A stretch of DNA of 64,000 nt from an uncultured Alphaproteobacteria bacterium (lineage in GTDB: Bacteria; Pseudomonadota; Alphaproteobacteria; Rs-D84). Within the stretch, counting starts at the first letter, position 1. Every line of letters starts with the position of its first letter. Shown here in pieces: positions 1 to 9,827 of this stretch. Position numbers and translations under genes: made by a program. Where the stretch lies: the NCBI GenBank assembly GCA_944389135.1, contig CALXLG010000001.1, positions 89,421 to 153,420 of the forward strand, written 5' to 3'. The notes beneath the pieces are model-generated. The model searched no databases. It had not been told where the DNA came from and worked only from the letters and a program-made list of their open reading frames with translations.

Positions 1-4
1 AAAT

Positions 5-721
5 ATGAGCGGACACAGTAAATGGCATAACATTCAGCACAAAAAAGGTGCGAATGACGCAGCTCGTAGCGGTTTGTTTACGAAGCTGGCACGTGAAATA
101 ACAATGGCGGCAAAGTTGGGTGATAAAAACCCTGATAATAACCCTCGTTTACGTTTGGCGGTTTTGAATGCACGTAAAAATTCTATGCCAAATGATAATA
201 TCAAGCGCGCAATAGAAAAAGCTTCTGGTTCTAATACAGAAAACTACGTTGCTGTGCGCTATGAAGGTTATGGACCGGGTGCAGTTCCTGTTATTGTAGA
301 GGCTTTGACCGATAATCCACGTCGCACAGTTCCTGAAATTCGTAATATTTTTGCTAAAAACGGTGGTAATATGGGTGAAGAGGGCAGTGTTGTCTTTATG
401 TTTACGCGCGCAGGTCAGATATTTTACCCAAGCTCAATTGGTAAAACAGAAGACGAAATGATGGAAATCATCATGGATGCAAATGCAGATAATTTAGAAT
501 CTTCTGAAGAAGGTTTTATTATCACAACTAAACCAGACGATTTTATGACTGTTCAAAAAGCACTAAGCGATAAGCTGGGCGAGCCAGAAAGCGCCGAATT
601 GACTTGGATTCCAAATATGCCAATGGATTTAGATGATGAGGCTTATGCAAAAATAGAAAAGCTGGTTGATGCATTAGATGATAATGATGACGTTCAGAAA
701 GTATTTACTGCTGCTGCATAA
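5..721 (+). CDS. yebC: YebC/PmpR-family transcriptional regulator
   Basis: 238-aa ORF; N-terminal MSGHSKWHNIQHKKG signature typical of YebC; followed by ruvC as in many bacteria. Confidence 0.9.
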   Translation: MSGHSKWHNIQHKKGANDAARSGLFTKLAREITMAAKLGDKNPDNNPRLRLAVLNARKNSMPNDNIKRAIEKASGSNTENYVAVRYEGYGPGAVPVIVEALTDNPRRTVPEIRNIFAKNGGNMGEEGSVVFMFTRAGQIFYPSSIGKTEDEMMEIIMDANADNLESSEEGFIITTKPDDFMTVQKALSDKLGEPESAELTWIPNMPMDLDDEAYAKIEKLVDALDDNDDVQKVFTAAA

Positions 722-803
722 CGCTTGATTTATAAAAAAAAATAAAAAGTGTCGCTTTTGCGGCACTTTTTATTGTATAATTTATTTAACAAGGATTTTT
801 TAG

Positions 804-1283
804 ATGGTACGAATTATTGGAATTGACCCCGGGCTTTTACATACAGGTTGGGCTGTTATAGAAAAAAATGGAAATAACCGTAAGTATGTTGCAAGTGGGG
901 TGGTGTTGCCACCTAAAATGGAAAGTTTACCTAATAGATTGGCTTTTATTTTTCGTGAAGTTTCCAAACTTTGTGAAACTTTTCAACCTGACGAGTGCAG
1001 TATAGAAATTACATTCGTAAATAAAAACCCTCAGACTACATTAGTGCTTGGGCATGCACGTGCGGCAGCAATTGTTGCTGTTGCTGATAAAAATATACCA
1101 ATTTTTGAATATGAACCAAATAAAATAAAAAAAGCACTGACGTCTGCTGGGCATGCAGATAAAGAACAGGTTTATAAAATGGTTCGCATTTTATTACCTG
1201 CGGCACAACCAAAAACACCAGATGAAAGTGATGCAATCGCAATTGCATTGGCGCATGCTAATATGAGTAAATTCGGTTTATAA
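804..1283 (+). CDS. ruvC: Holliday junction resolvase RuvC
   Basis: 159 aa; MVRIIGIDPGL N-terminal catalytic Asp motif; RuvC length and context after yebC. Confidence 0.9.
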   Translation: MVRIIGIDPGLLHTGWAVIEKNGNNRKYVASGVVLPPKMESLPNRLAFIFREVSKLCETFQPDECSIEITFVNKNPQTTLVLGHARAAAIVAVADKNIPIFEYEPNKIKKALTSAGHADKEQVYKMVRILLPAAQPKTPDESDAIAIALAHANMSKFGL

Positions 1284-1333
1284 AATACTTTGCTTTATGG
1301 TATGATATAAATATAAAACCAAAGGAGCAGCCC

Positions 1334-1615
1334 ATGAAGAAAGATTTTATCGAAACTCAAAATCTGAAATTATTATCAAAACAGCGTATATATTTTAGGG
1401 CGTTTTTGATAAATCTGGCGTTGGTTGTTTTGGTTTGGCTTTTGACGTTATGTCCTCAATTCATGTATTTTGCTGTTCGTATAACAGGAATTTCTTTGCC
1501 TTATCTTTATGTTTCGGCAATAAGCTTCTTGGCGATTTGGAAATTAGCGGGCGTTGTTTTCTTCTTAATTCCGGCAATTGCAATTTGGTGGGAAAGAAAG
1601 ATGTTGAAGAAATAA
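1334..1615 (+). CDS. small hypothetical membrane protein
   Basis: 93-aa ORF with RBS-like aaggag upstream; mostly hydrophobic; no recognisable family. Confidence 0.3.
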   Translation: MKKDFIETQNLKLLSKQRIYFRAFLINLALVVLVWLLTLCPQFMYFAVRITGISLPYLYVSAISFLAIWKLAGVVFFLIPAIAIWWERKMLKK

Positions 1616-1616
1616 A

Positions 1617-1645
1617 CAAAAGCCGGCATTTGCCGGTTTTATTTC
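1617..1645. terminator. bidirectional Rho-independent terminator (CCGGCATTTGCCGG hairpin)
   Basis: GCCGGCA-TT-TGCCGG palindrome flanked by A-run and T-run, between convergent ORFs. Confidence 0.55.
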
Positions 1646-1968
1646 CTAAAACTTATTTTATCAACCGCGTCCCTGCCAAAGTACTTATTTATTTTATCTT
1701 TAATCTCATTTGACATATAAGATAATTGCAGGGCAAGGGCAGGGTTAGTCGGTCTTATAATAATATTGAATTTATTTTCGCGTGTTTTCTTAATAGCAGC
1801 AATATTTGCAACACTCGATATTTCAGGCCCCATTATTTCAGACCATCTGGCAACCAGGTCTGAATCAGATGCACGAATGCCAAATATTTTTAATAAACCG
1901 CCCATTGCACCCGCAATTGTTTGCGGTCGTGATAGGCGGTTATTTATTTTATTTTGTTGGTTTGACAT
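1639..1968 (-). CDS. DUF721-family (DciA-like) protein
   Basis: 109 aa; pattern LVARWSEIMGPEI...NIIIRPTNPALALQLSYMSNEIKDKINKYFG resembles DUF721 domain proteins common in alphaproteobacteria. Confidence 0.55.
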   Translation of the reverse strand: MSNQQNKINNRLSRPQTIAGAMGGLLKIFGIRASDSDLVARWSEIMGPEISSVANIAAIKKTRENKFNIIIRPTNPALALQLSYMSNEIKDKINKYFGRDAVDKISFRK

Positions 1969-3052
1969 AACTATATTCTTTTGGCATCAAGATAAACATT
2001 TGACCTTGTGCGTGCTGACCATGTGCAAATTTATATGCTTCATCACCTTTGCCAAAGAATATATCTGCACGTATCCAACCACGTATTGCGCTGCCTGTAT
2101 CTTGGGCAATCATTAAGCGACTGAATCTACGCCCGTCTGATAAATTTGTGTCTATATAAACTGGCATTCCTAATGTATATATGTCGTCATCCATCGCAAT
2201 TGATCGTATCTTGGATAGAGGAGTGCCAAGCTTTCCAATAACATCTGGTGGAACAGATTCATAGAAGTATACATATCGTGGGTTATTGTATATGACTTCT
2301 TTAGCCAGTGCTGGATTCTTTTTCAAATAGCGCCATACCGCATCAGCAGAATATCCACCGTCTGGTCTGATTCCACGATTCTTTAATTGTTCCCCGATAG
2401 ACTTAAATGGCATATCATTAACCGCTGCAAAGTTTAATTTTACCATTGTGCCGTCTTCTAGCTGCAACATGCCACTACCTTGAATTTGAATGTTTTGAAC
2501 GTCTACAATATTTGCCCAGTACAAAACACGACCAATTTTGCTTTCTACAATTGTTTTCTTTGGTACGCCTTTATAGTTGCGACCATCTGTTGGAACACCC
2601 ATTAATGGTTCATTACACTGTGCTGTTTTAGTTCTGCATCCTGGAATTATAGGTGAATAATATCCAGTGTATGTTCCGCGTTTGCCACCCTCGTCGTTAT
2701 AAACTTGGTATGGTTGAAAATTTGATTCAAACCATGCACGAACAGTTGCAACGTCTGCGCTGGCACTGGGTAACATTCTGCACTTTTCTTCAAATAAAGC
2801 CCTGTCTGGTATTACGCGACCTGTGTATTGAATCTTTGCTTTGCAAGAATTACGAAAAGCCTGCAAAGCGTATCGTACATCGTCGTTATCCCAACCTGGT
2901 AAATCGTCATAAGAAACTTTTCTTAAATTTGATGGTATAACGGAATTATCACCACTATGTGTCGGAGTTGATAAATCGCAAGAAGTAAGCGAAAACATTA
3001 CACAAAGACTAAGTAAAGCTTTAATAAAACTGTTTTTTAAAGAAACAGACAT
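1949..3052 (-). CDS. mltA: membrane-bound lytic murein transglycosylase A (MltA, 3D domain)
   Basis: 367 aa; lipoprotein-like signal peptide (LTSCD); QGSG...3D-domain motif DTGSAIRG near C-terminus, resembling E. coli MltA. Confidence 0.75.
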   Translation of the reverse strand: MSVSLKNSFIKALLSLCVMFSLTSCDLSTPTHSGDNSVIPSNLRKVSYDDLPGWDNDDVRYALQAFRNSCKAKIQYTGRVIPDRALFEEKCRMLPSASADVATVRAWFESNFQPYQVYNDEGGKRGTYTGYYSPIIPGCRTKTAQCNEPLMGVPTDGRNYKGVPKKTIVESKIGRVLYWANIVDVQNIQIQGSGMLQLEDGTMVKLNFAAVNDMPFKSIGEQLKNRGIRPDGGYSADAVWRYLKKNPALAKEVIYNNPRYVYFYESVPPDVIGKLGTPLSKIRSIAMDDDIYTLGMPVYIDTNLSDGRRFSRLMIAQDTGSAIRGWIRADIFFGKGDEAYKFAHGQHAQGQMFILMPKEYSYVKPTK

Positions 3053-3159
3053 TTTGTTGTCCCCCCACTTGTAAAACTTAAATCATAATGCTATATTATC
3101 ATAAAATCGGGTGCTAAGTCCAGATGGGTTTTTTATCCCGCCAAAAAGGAGTAAAAATA

Positions 3160-3588
3160 ATGGCAAATTTTAAAATTATATCTCAGTTTTTAAAAGATAT
3201 TTCTTTTGAAAGCCCAAATGTACCAGAATTATTCTTTAAGCAGGATAATGGTCAGGCAAAAATAGAAATTAATATTGATATTCAAATCAAAGGCGCAGAA
3301 AACAATCTGTTTATGGTTGATTTAATCACAAAGGTTCATTCAAAGTTAGAAGCAGGGGATAAATCAATCTTTTTAATTGAATCTACTTATTCTGGTCTAG
3401 TTCAGTTAGAAGAAGAAAAAGACGAAGAAGCTAAAAAACGTACTTTGTTGATTGACGTACCGACGTTACTGTTCCCAGCTGTACGTGCATTGATTTCACG
3501 TCTTACAAGTGAATCTGGTTTCCCAACATTTGTTATGCAACCAGTTGACTTTGCAAAACTTTATGAAGAAAGACAAAATAAAAAATAA
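3160..3588 (+). CDS. secB: protein-export chaperone SecB
   Basis: MANFKIISQFLKDISFESPN N-terminus typical of SecB; AAGGAG RBS 8 nt upstream of ATG at 3160 (ORF-track start 3124 likely too long). Confidence 0.85.
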   Translation: MANFKIISQFLKDISFESPNVPELFFKQDNGQAKIEINIDIQIKGAENNLFMVDLITKVHSKLEAGDKSIFLIESTYSGLVQLEEEKDEEAKKRTLLIDVPTLLFPAVRALISRLTSESGFPTFVMQPVDFAKLYEERQNKK

Positions 3589-3605
3589 AAACATATTTAG
3601 TTATG

Positions 3606-3636
3606 TAAAAAATCCGCGTTAGGCGGATTTTTATTT
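3606..3636 (+). terminator. Rho-independent terminator after secB
   Basis: ATCCGC-GTTAG-GCGGAT hairpin followed by TTTTTATTTT. Confidence 0.6.
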
Positions 3637-3663
3637 TGTGTTTTTTATGATATAATATGACGT

Positions 3664-4848
3664 ATGGCTAAAGACAAATATATTTCAGTAAAAAGCGGTG
3701 TAAGTGGTTTTTCTTTTGCGAACCTAGGTTTGTTTACTGGGTTTGCTGATGGTATTTATAACGCAGTTTATTCATTGGTTTTGTTAGAAATTTTTAAAAA
3801 TTCTGCAATTGTCGGTATTTATGTTGCTATATATGCGGCATTTTGTATGTTTGTTGGGCTTTTTGCAAATGAAATATTTCGGCGATTTTCAAGGGTAAGG
3901 GTCTTTTATTTCGTAATGCTGATGCTGGCTGTTTGCTATGCGATGATGAGTTTTTCTATTCGTCCAAGTACTTTTATTATTCTGGACTATGTAACGGGTA
4001 TTGCTATTACGTTAGTCGGGGTTCTGATACCGCTGTTTATGTCTGATTTTTCTAAAAATATTGGTATGGCAAAATTAAATTCTAGGTACCATTTGTGGTT
4101 AAATATTGGTGCACTGTTTGCGCCAATGATAGCTGTTGCAATTGCAGATGAATTTACAAATAGGGCGGCATTTTTTGCATCGGCTTTAATATATTTTGCA
4201 GGTTGGATGTCGTTTAAGTTCTTTCGTGTTGTGCAAGAAGACAAAAAAATTACACCAGTTAACCCAAGAAGAACTTTTAAAGCTTTGTGGAAAAATACGA
4301 TTGCATTTTTTTCGCGTCCTGGAATGCCAAGGGCTTATTTTGTGAATTTTGGATATTATTCATTGCGTGCGATGCGATATCTATACGTGCCGATTGTTGT
4401 TATTGAAAACGGTTTTTCAAAAGATACGCTTGGTTGGGTTTTGACTTTGGGAATAATACCGTATCTTTTCTTGTCTGAAATGATGGCAAAGCTTGTCAGA
4501 AAGTACGGTAAAAAAATGTGGTTGATGATAGGGTTCTTATCTTTTGCAGGCTTTTCTGCGTTGGCAACTTTAGTTACAGGGTTCCCATTGCTGGCTATAT
4601 TTGTATTGTGGCAAGTATCTGGCGCATTAATGGAATCTGTACACGATTTATTGTTCTTTGATAGTGCAAAAAAAACAGAACAAACAAAGTATTATGGAAT
4701 TTTTAGAACAAGTGTGAACTTGCCAAATGTTATTGCACCTATATTTGGTGCCGCGTGCATCGCGATATTTGGGGCAACTTCTGCCGTATGGATTGTGACC
4801 GCTGTAATCGGGGGGCTGTCCGCATTGGTTTTGGCAAGTAAAAAATAG
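3664..4848 (+). CDS. MFS-type transporter (predicted 12-TM permease)
   Basis: 394 aa, repeated hydrophobic segments consistent with a 2x6 TM major facilitator; no specific substrate signature. Confidence 0.5.
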   Translation: MAKDKYISVKSGVSGFSFANLGLFTGFADGIYNAVYSLVLLEIFKNSAIVGIYVAIYAAFCMFVGLFANEIFRRFSRVRVFYFVMLMLAVCYAMMSFSIRPSTFIILDYVTGIAITLVGVLIPLFMSDFSKNIGMAKLNSRYHLWLNIGALFAPMIAVAIADEFTNRAAFFASALIYFAGWMSFKFFRVVQEDKKITPVNPRRTFKALWKNTIAFFSRPGMPRAYFVNFGYYSLRAMRYLYVPIVVIENGFSKDTLGWVLTLGIIPYLFLSEMMAKLVRKYGKKMWLMIGFLSFAGFSALATLVTGFPLLAIFVLWQVSGALMESVHDLLFFDSAKKTEQTKYYGIFRTSVNLPNVIAPIFGAACIAIFGATSAVWIVTAVIGGLSALVLASKK

Positions 4849-4924
4849 CTGTAAAAAAACTTATTTTCGTTGCGTAAAGGTTAAATTCCTTGTATGATTT
4901 TGAATAAAAGAAAAGGGGAATTTT

Positions 4925-6001
4925 ATGGCAAAAAAAGAAGCAGTAAAAGAAAGTAGCGCGCCAGCAAAAAATCCAGCATTAGAATCGGCTTTGGCGCAAA
5001 TTCAAAAACAATTCGGTAAAGAAGCCATTATGAAAATGGGTGATGGCAGTCAGCAAAATATAGAGGCTATTTCATCAGGGTCTTTGGGGTTAGATATTGC
5101 GCTTGGTATCGGTGGATATCCTCGTGGGCGTATTGTTGAAATTTATGGACCGGAAAGCTCTGGAAAAACGACGTTGGCATTGCATGCTGTTGCAGAAGCG
5201 CAAAAAAAAGGCGGAACTTGTGCATATATAGATGCAGAAAATGCTTTGGATCCAACTTATGCGAAAAAGCTGGGTGTTGATGTTGCAAACTTAATAATTT
5301 CACAACCAGATTCAGGTGAACAAGCATTGGAAATTGCGGATACTTTGATAAAGTCAGGTGCGGTTGATGTCGTTGTTATTGATTCTGTTGCGGCGCTGGT
5401 TCCAAAAGCTGAATTAGAAGGAAATATCGGTGATTCGTTTGTTGGTACAACAGCGCGTCTGATGAGTCAGTCTTTGAAGAAATTGGCGGGCAGCGTTTCT
5501 CGTAGTAATACTTTATTAATATTTATTAATCAGATTCGTATGAAAATTGGTGTTATGTTTGGAAATCCTGAAACAACGTCTGGTGGAAATGCATTAAAGT
5601 TCTATGCGTCTGTACGTCTTGATATTCGTCGCACAGGTCAAATTAAAGATAAAGAAAATATTATCGGCAATGAAACGCGTGTAAAGGTTGTTAAAAATAA
5701 AGTGGCGCCACCATTTAGAACGGTCGATTTTAAAATTATGTATGGCGAAGGAATTTCTAGAATTAGTGAAATTCTGGACATGGGTGTAAAATATGACCTT
5801 ATTGAAAAGGCAGGTAGTTTCTATTCTTATAATAATGAACGTATGGGGCAGGGTGAAGCAAATGCGCGTGCTTGGTTAAAAGAACACGAAGATGTTCAGA
5901 AAGAACTGTTGGATAAAATTATGGCACGTGCCAGTGGAATTGCGGAAGAAATGACAACTGGGCCAATAGATGATGAAGAGTCTTCGGTTGTTGAAGAATA
6001 A
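4925..6001 (+). CDS. recA: recombinase RecA
   Basis: 358 aa; Walker [10 protein letters not shown], RecA signature [14 protein letters not shown]; acidic C-terminus. Confidence 0.95.
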   Translation: MAKKEAVKESSAPAKNPALESALAQIQKQFGKEAIMKMGDGSQQNIEAISSGSLGLDIALGIGGYPRGRIVEIYGPESSGKTTLALHAVAEAQKKGGTCAYIDAENALDPTYAKKLGVDVANLIISQPDSGEQALEIADTLIKSGAVDVVVIDSVAALVPKAELEGNIGDSFVGTTARLMSQSLKKLAGSVSRSNTLLIFINQIRMKIGVMFGNPETTSGGNALKFYASVRLDIRRTGQIKDKENIIGNETRVKVVKNKVAPPFRTVDFKIMYGEGISRISEILDMGVKYDLIEKAGSFYSYNNERMGQGEANARAWLKEHEDVQKELLDKIMARASGIAEEMTTGPIDDEESSVVEE

Positions 6002-6012
6002 AAGGAGATAAA

Positions 6013-6921
6013 ATGAATCTAGCACGGGCAATAGCGATGTCTGACGTAATATTGCGTGGACATATCTTAAATTGGTTCTGGCGTAGTCGTGAACATAGAC
6101 GTGCTGTTAGAAGTGATGTTATTTCTAATGTTATACCAAGATATTTTAAGCGCTATTTGCCCGCTGCAGCTGCAATACCAGAACGTAAGGTTGTAAAAAA
6201 TGATAAAAATGAAAAGATTTTTACAATCTGGTTGCAAGGGGAAGAAAATGCACCTGAACTAGTAAAAGCCTGCTTTCGCAGTGTAAGAAAAAATTGTAAG
6301 CAAGAATTAGTGGTTTTAGACGAAAAAACTTTATTTGATTATATAAAATTACCAGATGTAATAATGAAAAAACGCAAAAAGGGTATGATAAAAAATGCTC
6401 ATTTTGCTGATATTTGCCGTGTAGAGTTATTGTATAATTATGGTGGTTTTTGGCTGGATTCTACGGGGTTTGCAACAGGCCCGATTCCAGATTGGATTGT
6501 TAAAGAAGATTTCTTTGTTTATTTAGCTGGGCAAAATGTCGGCAGCCCGTACAGCTTTATGCAGAATTGCTTTATTCGTAGCAGAAAAGGGGCGTATTTA
6601 TTAGACGCTTGGCGGGCGATGATTTTAGATTATTGGACACATGAAAATCATAATTTTGATTATTTTATGCATCAATTGTTATTTAAGACTTTGGTTATGA
6701 ATGACGCGCGTGCAAAAAAATATTTTGCCAAAATGCCACATGTTGATCAAGACCCAACACATATGCTTTGGTGGACTTATCAGAATAAACCTTTTGACCA
6801 AAAGACTTTTGATGAAGTAACGTCTGGTGCGTTCTTTCAAAAACTGACATATCGCGGTGCGGATAAACCAGTACCAGGTAGCTTTGCAGATGTTATGATT
6901 AATAAAATGTATAAAAAATAA
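6013..6921 (+). CDS. glycosyltransferase, Caps_synth/DXD-motif sugar-binding family (PF05704-like)
   Basis: 302 aa; IWxQGEENAP...LLYNYGGFWLDSTGF pattern matches the capsular polysaccharide synthesis protein / Gly_transf_sug family. Confidence 0.55.
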   Translation: MNLARAIAMSDVILRGHILNWFWRSREHRRAVRSDVISNVIPRYFKRYLPAAAAIPERKVVKNDKNEKIFTIWLQGEENAPELVKACFRSVRKNCKQELVVLDEKTLFDYIKLPDVIMKKRKKGMIKNAHFADICRVELLYNYGGFWLDSTGFATGPIPDWIVKEDFFVYLAGQNVGSPYSFMQNCFIRSRKGAYLLDAWRAMILDYWTHENHNFDYFMHQLLFKTLVMNDARAKKYFAKMPHVDQDPTHMLWWTYQNKPFDQKTFDEVTSGAFFQKLTYRGADKPVPGSFADVMINKMYKK

Positions 6922-6934
6922 TAAAGGAAATAGA

Positions 6935-7969
6935 ATGCCAGCTGTCTCTATTATTATCCCTGTTTATAATGTAGAAAAATATTTACGTCGTTGCTTGGAT
7001 AGTGTGTTAAATCAGACATTTAAAGATTGGGAAGCAATATGTGTAAATGACGGCAGTCCAGATGGTTCTGCCGCTATTTTGTCCGAATATTCTGCACGTG
7101 ATTCTAGATTTAAGGTTGTGAATAAAGAAAACGGTGGCTTGTCTGATGCGCGTAATGCTGGTATGAAAATCGCAACAGGTGAATATGTTTTGTATGTCGA
7201 TAGTGACGATTTTATTCATCCCCAGACATTAGAAATTACTTATGCTTTGGCACAGCGGGATAATTCTGACATTGTGTCTTTTACTTATGATAGAATATAT
7301 CGCCCACAGCTGATGGTTCGGCATAAATTAGGGCTAAGTACAGACGATATTGTTCCAAGTAGAATATACAAAAAATATAATGTTTCACATGTCAAGACGT
7401 TAACAACAGATGATGTGTTTGCGTATGCAACCGAAAGTGCACATAATGCTTTTAACCCTAACAAAAAATGGCTGATAAAACATTGTCAGGTTTGGAAGAA
7501 TTTATATCGTCGAGATTTAATTGCGGATACACCGTTTATAAAAGGAATTTTGTTTGAAGATTTTCCTTGGTGGAGTGCGATTATGCTTAAAAAACCACGT
7601 GTAACTATTTGTCCATTGCCGCTGTATTTTTATATACCTAATTTTGGTGGAATTGTTTTATCTGCAAAGCAATTGCGAATATTACAAAGTTTGTGTGATG
7701 GACTAAAAGCTTCTTATTTATTATATAAAGAAAAAGCAGATGATTATCAGATGCAGCAATGGTCCGAAAAGTTTAAGTGGTTCTTTATTAAGTGGGCGTT
7801 TAGAAAAGTAAAATACCTGGATAATAATGAAGATATTGAAATTGCTGTTAAACGTTTTTGCGAACTTGAACAAATCGGGACTTTTGATAATCCTACAACA
7901 AAATGGGCAAAAAAACTGCGTTGTGATATCCGTAAGTTTATAAAAGGGAAGTGCAAAAAAAATGTCTGA
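6935..7969 (+). CDS. family 2 glycosyltransferase
   Basis: 344 aa; N-terminal IIIPVYNVEKYLRRCLDSVLNQT...DGSPDGS...DSDD GT2 (GT-A) motifs. Confidence 0.8.
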   Translation: MPAVSIIIPVYNVEKYLRRCLDSVLNQTFKDWEAICVNDGSPDGSAAILSEYSARDSRFKVVNKENGGLSDARNAGMKIATGEYVLYVDSDDFIHPQTLEITYALAQRDNSDIVSFTYDRIYRPQLMVRHKLGLSTDDIVPSRIYKKYNVSHVKTLTTDDVFAYATESAHNAFNPNKKWLIKHCQVWKNLYRRDLIADTPFIKGILFEDFPWWSAIMLKKPRVTICPLPLYFYIPNFGGIVLSAKQLRILQSLCDGLKASYLLYKEKADDYQMQQWSEKFKWFFIKWAFRKVKYLDNNEDIEIAVKRFCELEQIGTFDNPTTKWAKKLRCDIRKFIKGKCKKNV

Positions 7970-8978
7970 GGCTGCTTTGGTTTCAATTGTTGTGCCTGTA
8001 TATAATGCAGAAAAATATCTGCATAGATGTTTGGATAGCCTTTTAAACCAATCTTTTAAAAATTGGGAAGCCGTATGTGTAAATGATGGCAGTACCGATT
8101 CTTCTGAAGAAATATTATCTAAATATGCCTCGCTTGATTCCAGGTTTAAGATAATTAATAAAGAAAACGGCGGGGCATCTGATGCACGTAATGTCGGAAT
8201 AAAATATGCCAAAGGTAATTATGTTTTGTTTTTAGATAGCGATGATTTTATTCATCCACAAACTTTGGATATGACATTTGATTTAGCAGAAAAACAAAAT
8301 GCGGATATTGTGATGTTTGATTTTGATGCTAAATTTCATGCAGCAACATTGAAAAAAATGAAGCGCGGTATAAATGTTATGAAGCTGTTGCCCGAAAATC
8401 GTAATAAGATATATAAAAAGAATCGGGTGTCATATCGGGTTACTAATGAACCTTTATTCCATTGTACCGAAAAAAACAGAGGTTTGTTTGTTAAACGTCC
8501 TATACATAGACATTGCTTTCCTGTTCTTGCATTGTATAAACGTGATTTAATAAAAGATATTCCTTTTATAAGCGGAATTATAATAGAAGACTTTCCTTGG
8601 TGGTGCGATGTTTTGTTGCATAAACCCAAAGCGGTCATAACAAAGTTACCTTTATATTTTTATATGCCAAATCCAACTTCTGCATTAAACAGTACTAGGG
8701 CTTTGCATATGATAGAGTCTATTGCAAAAGGGATAGAGTATATTTTTCCTAAATATAAAAATACCGCGACTAAAAAAGAATTTGAGCATTTTAATAAAGA
8801 ATTTTTGTGGCCGTTTTTGATAGTTATTATGCGTAAAACAAAAGATTTAGATAATCGCTTTGACGTGCAGGTTGCAAAGCGCGTTGTTGCAAACTTGTAT
8901 AAACAAGGCGTTTGTGATAAACCGCATAGTTTGCGAACAAGAAGATATCGCAGAAGAATAAAAAAGTTTATTAAATAA
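7962..8978 (+). CDS. family 2 glycosyltransferase (tandem paralog of 6935-7969)
   Basis: 338 aa; SIVVPVYNAEKYLHRCLDSLLNQS...DSDDFIHPQTL; clearly paralogous to preceding gene over the first ~120 aa (by eye); 8-nt overlap with it. Confidence 0.8.
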   Translation: MSEAALVSIVVPVYNAEKYLHRCLDSLLNQSFKNWEAVCVNDGSTDSSEEILSKYASLDSRFKIINKENGGASDARNVGIKYAKGNYVLFLDSDDFIHPQTLDMTFDLAEKQNADIVMFDFDAKFHAATLKKMKRGINVMKLLPENRNKIYKKNRVSYRVTNEPLFHCTEKNRGLFVKRPIHRHCFPVLALYKRDLIKDIPFISGIIIEDFPWWCDVLLHKPKAVITKLPLYFYMPNPTSALNSTRALHMIESIAKGIEYIFPKYKNTATKKEFEHFNKEFLWPFLIVIMRKTKDLDNRFDVQVAKRVVANLYKQGVCDKPHSLRTRRYRRRIKKFIK

Positions 8979-8981
8979 ATT

Positions 8982-9827
8982 TTATATATTTAATTCTTTA
9001 AATCTTTCTGGAATTTTTGCGACCCATTTTAAGCCAAGCATCGCAGGTTTGTTCATGTCGTATATAGGGCGCAGGAAGGTCTGCAAGATTCTTGCTGCCT
9101 TTATAGATTTATTTTTGTTTTTTGATTCTGTTATAATTTCTATCGTTCTGGCGCGCTTTTTTAGGTGCTTTTCCCAAGATGGGTTTCTGTCGCCAATTTT
9201 GTTTTTTATCATATCTAAATCAACACCACCAAAATGTAATAAGTATAAATTTTTATCAATATGGAAATTATGACCTTTTACGCTGTGAAAACCGCTGCCC
9301 CAGGTTGCTGGTTTCATCAAAACAACAGGTTTGGTATATCTTGTTGATAGTAAAGCATAGTTTCTTTGTTCTAAAAAGTTTTTATTCATATCTAATTTCT
9401 TTTCAGAATTTAAATCTTGACCGATATCTAACCCCAGACCAGAAACAGATGTTTTGTTCTTTATTGTTGATAAGTATTCCTTTAAAGAAATGTTAAGGGC
9501 AGGGTCAATAATTAAAAATTCATCACAATCACAACCGATAACAATATCATAACCTTTTTTGAACAGTTCGTTGGCTAGACTTGATAACAAAAGAATTCTT
9601 GTTTTGTCACCACGTTGTACGGCTTCTTCTTTGTGAGGTAATTTTTTTATGTTTGCTTTTCCTGCATTAGATGGTGCGGTTTGGTCTATGCCATCTAAGT
9701 AAATATATAAATTTTCTGTGCCAATTTGTTCGCCATAATATTTTATCCAGCGACTAAGAAAAAAGTCATCGTTTCTTGCCATAGTGATGGCGGCAATCCG
9801 CTTTATATTGAAAGAATTCTTTTTCAT
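8982..9827 (-). CDS. GT2-like glycosyltransferase (Glyco_tranf_2_4 / PF13704-like)
   Basis: 281 aa; ITMARNDDFFLSRWIKYYGEQIGTENLYIYLDGIDQ resembles TMVKNE...W..YH...G..hfyIYDN motif of that family. Confidence 0.45.
   Translation of the reverse strand: MKKNSFNIKRIAAITMARNDDFFLSRWIKYYGEQIGTENLYIYLDGIDQTAPSNAGKANIKKLPHKEEAVQRGDKTRILLLSSLANELFKKGYDIVIGCDCDEFLIIDPALNISLKEYLSTIKNKTSVSGLGLDIGQDLNSEKKLDMNKNFLEQRNYALLSTRYTKPVVLMKPATWGSGFHSVKGHNFHIDKNLYLLHFGGVDLDMIKNKIGDRNPSWEKHLKKRARTIEIITESKNKNKSIKAARILQTFLRPIYDMNKPAMLGLKWVAKIPERFKELNI

Noticed and set aside
1036-1248. 70-aa minus-strand ORF within ruvC
   Set aside because: Antisense overlap with ruvC; Gln/Leu-rich nonsense-like composition.
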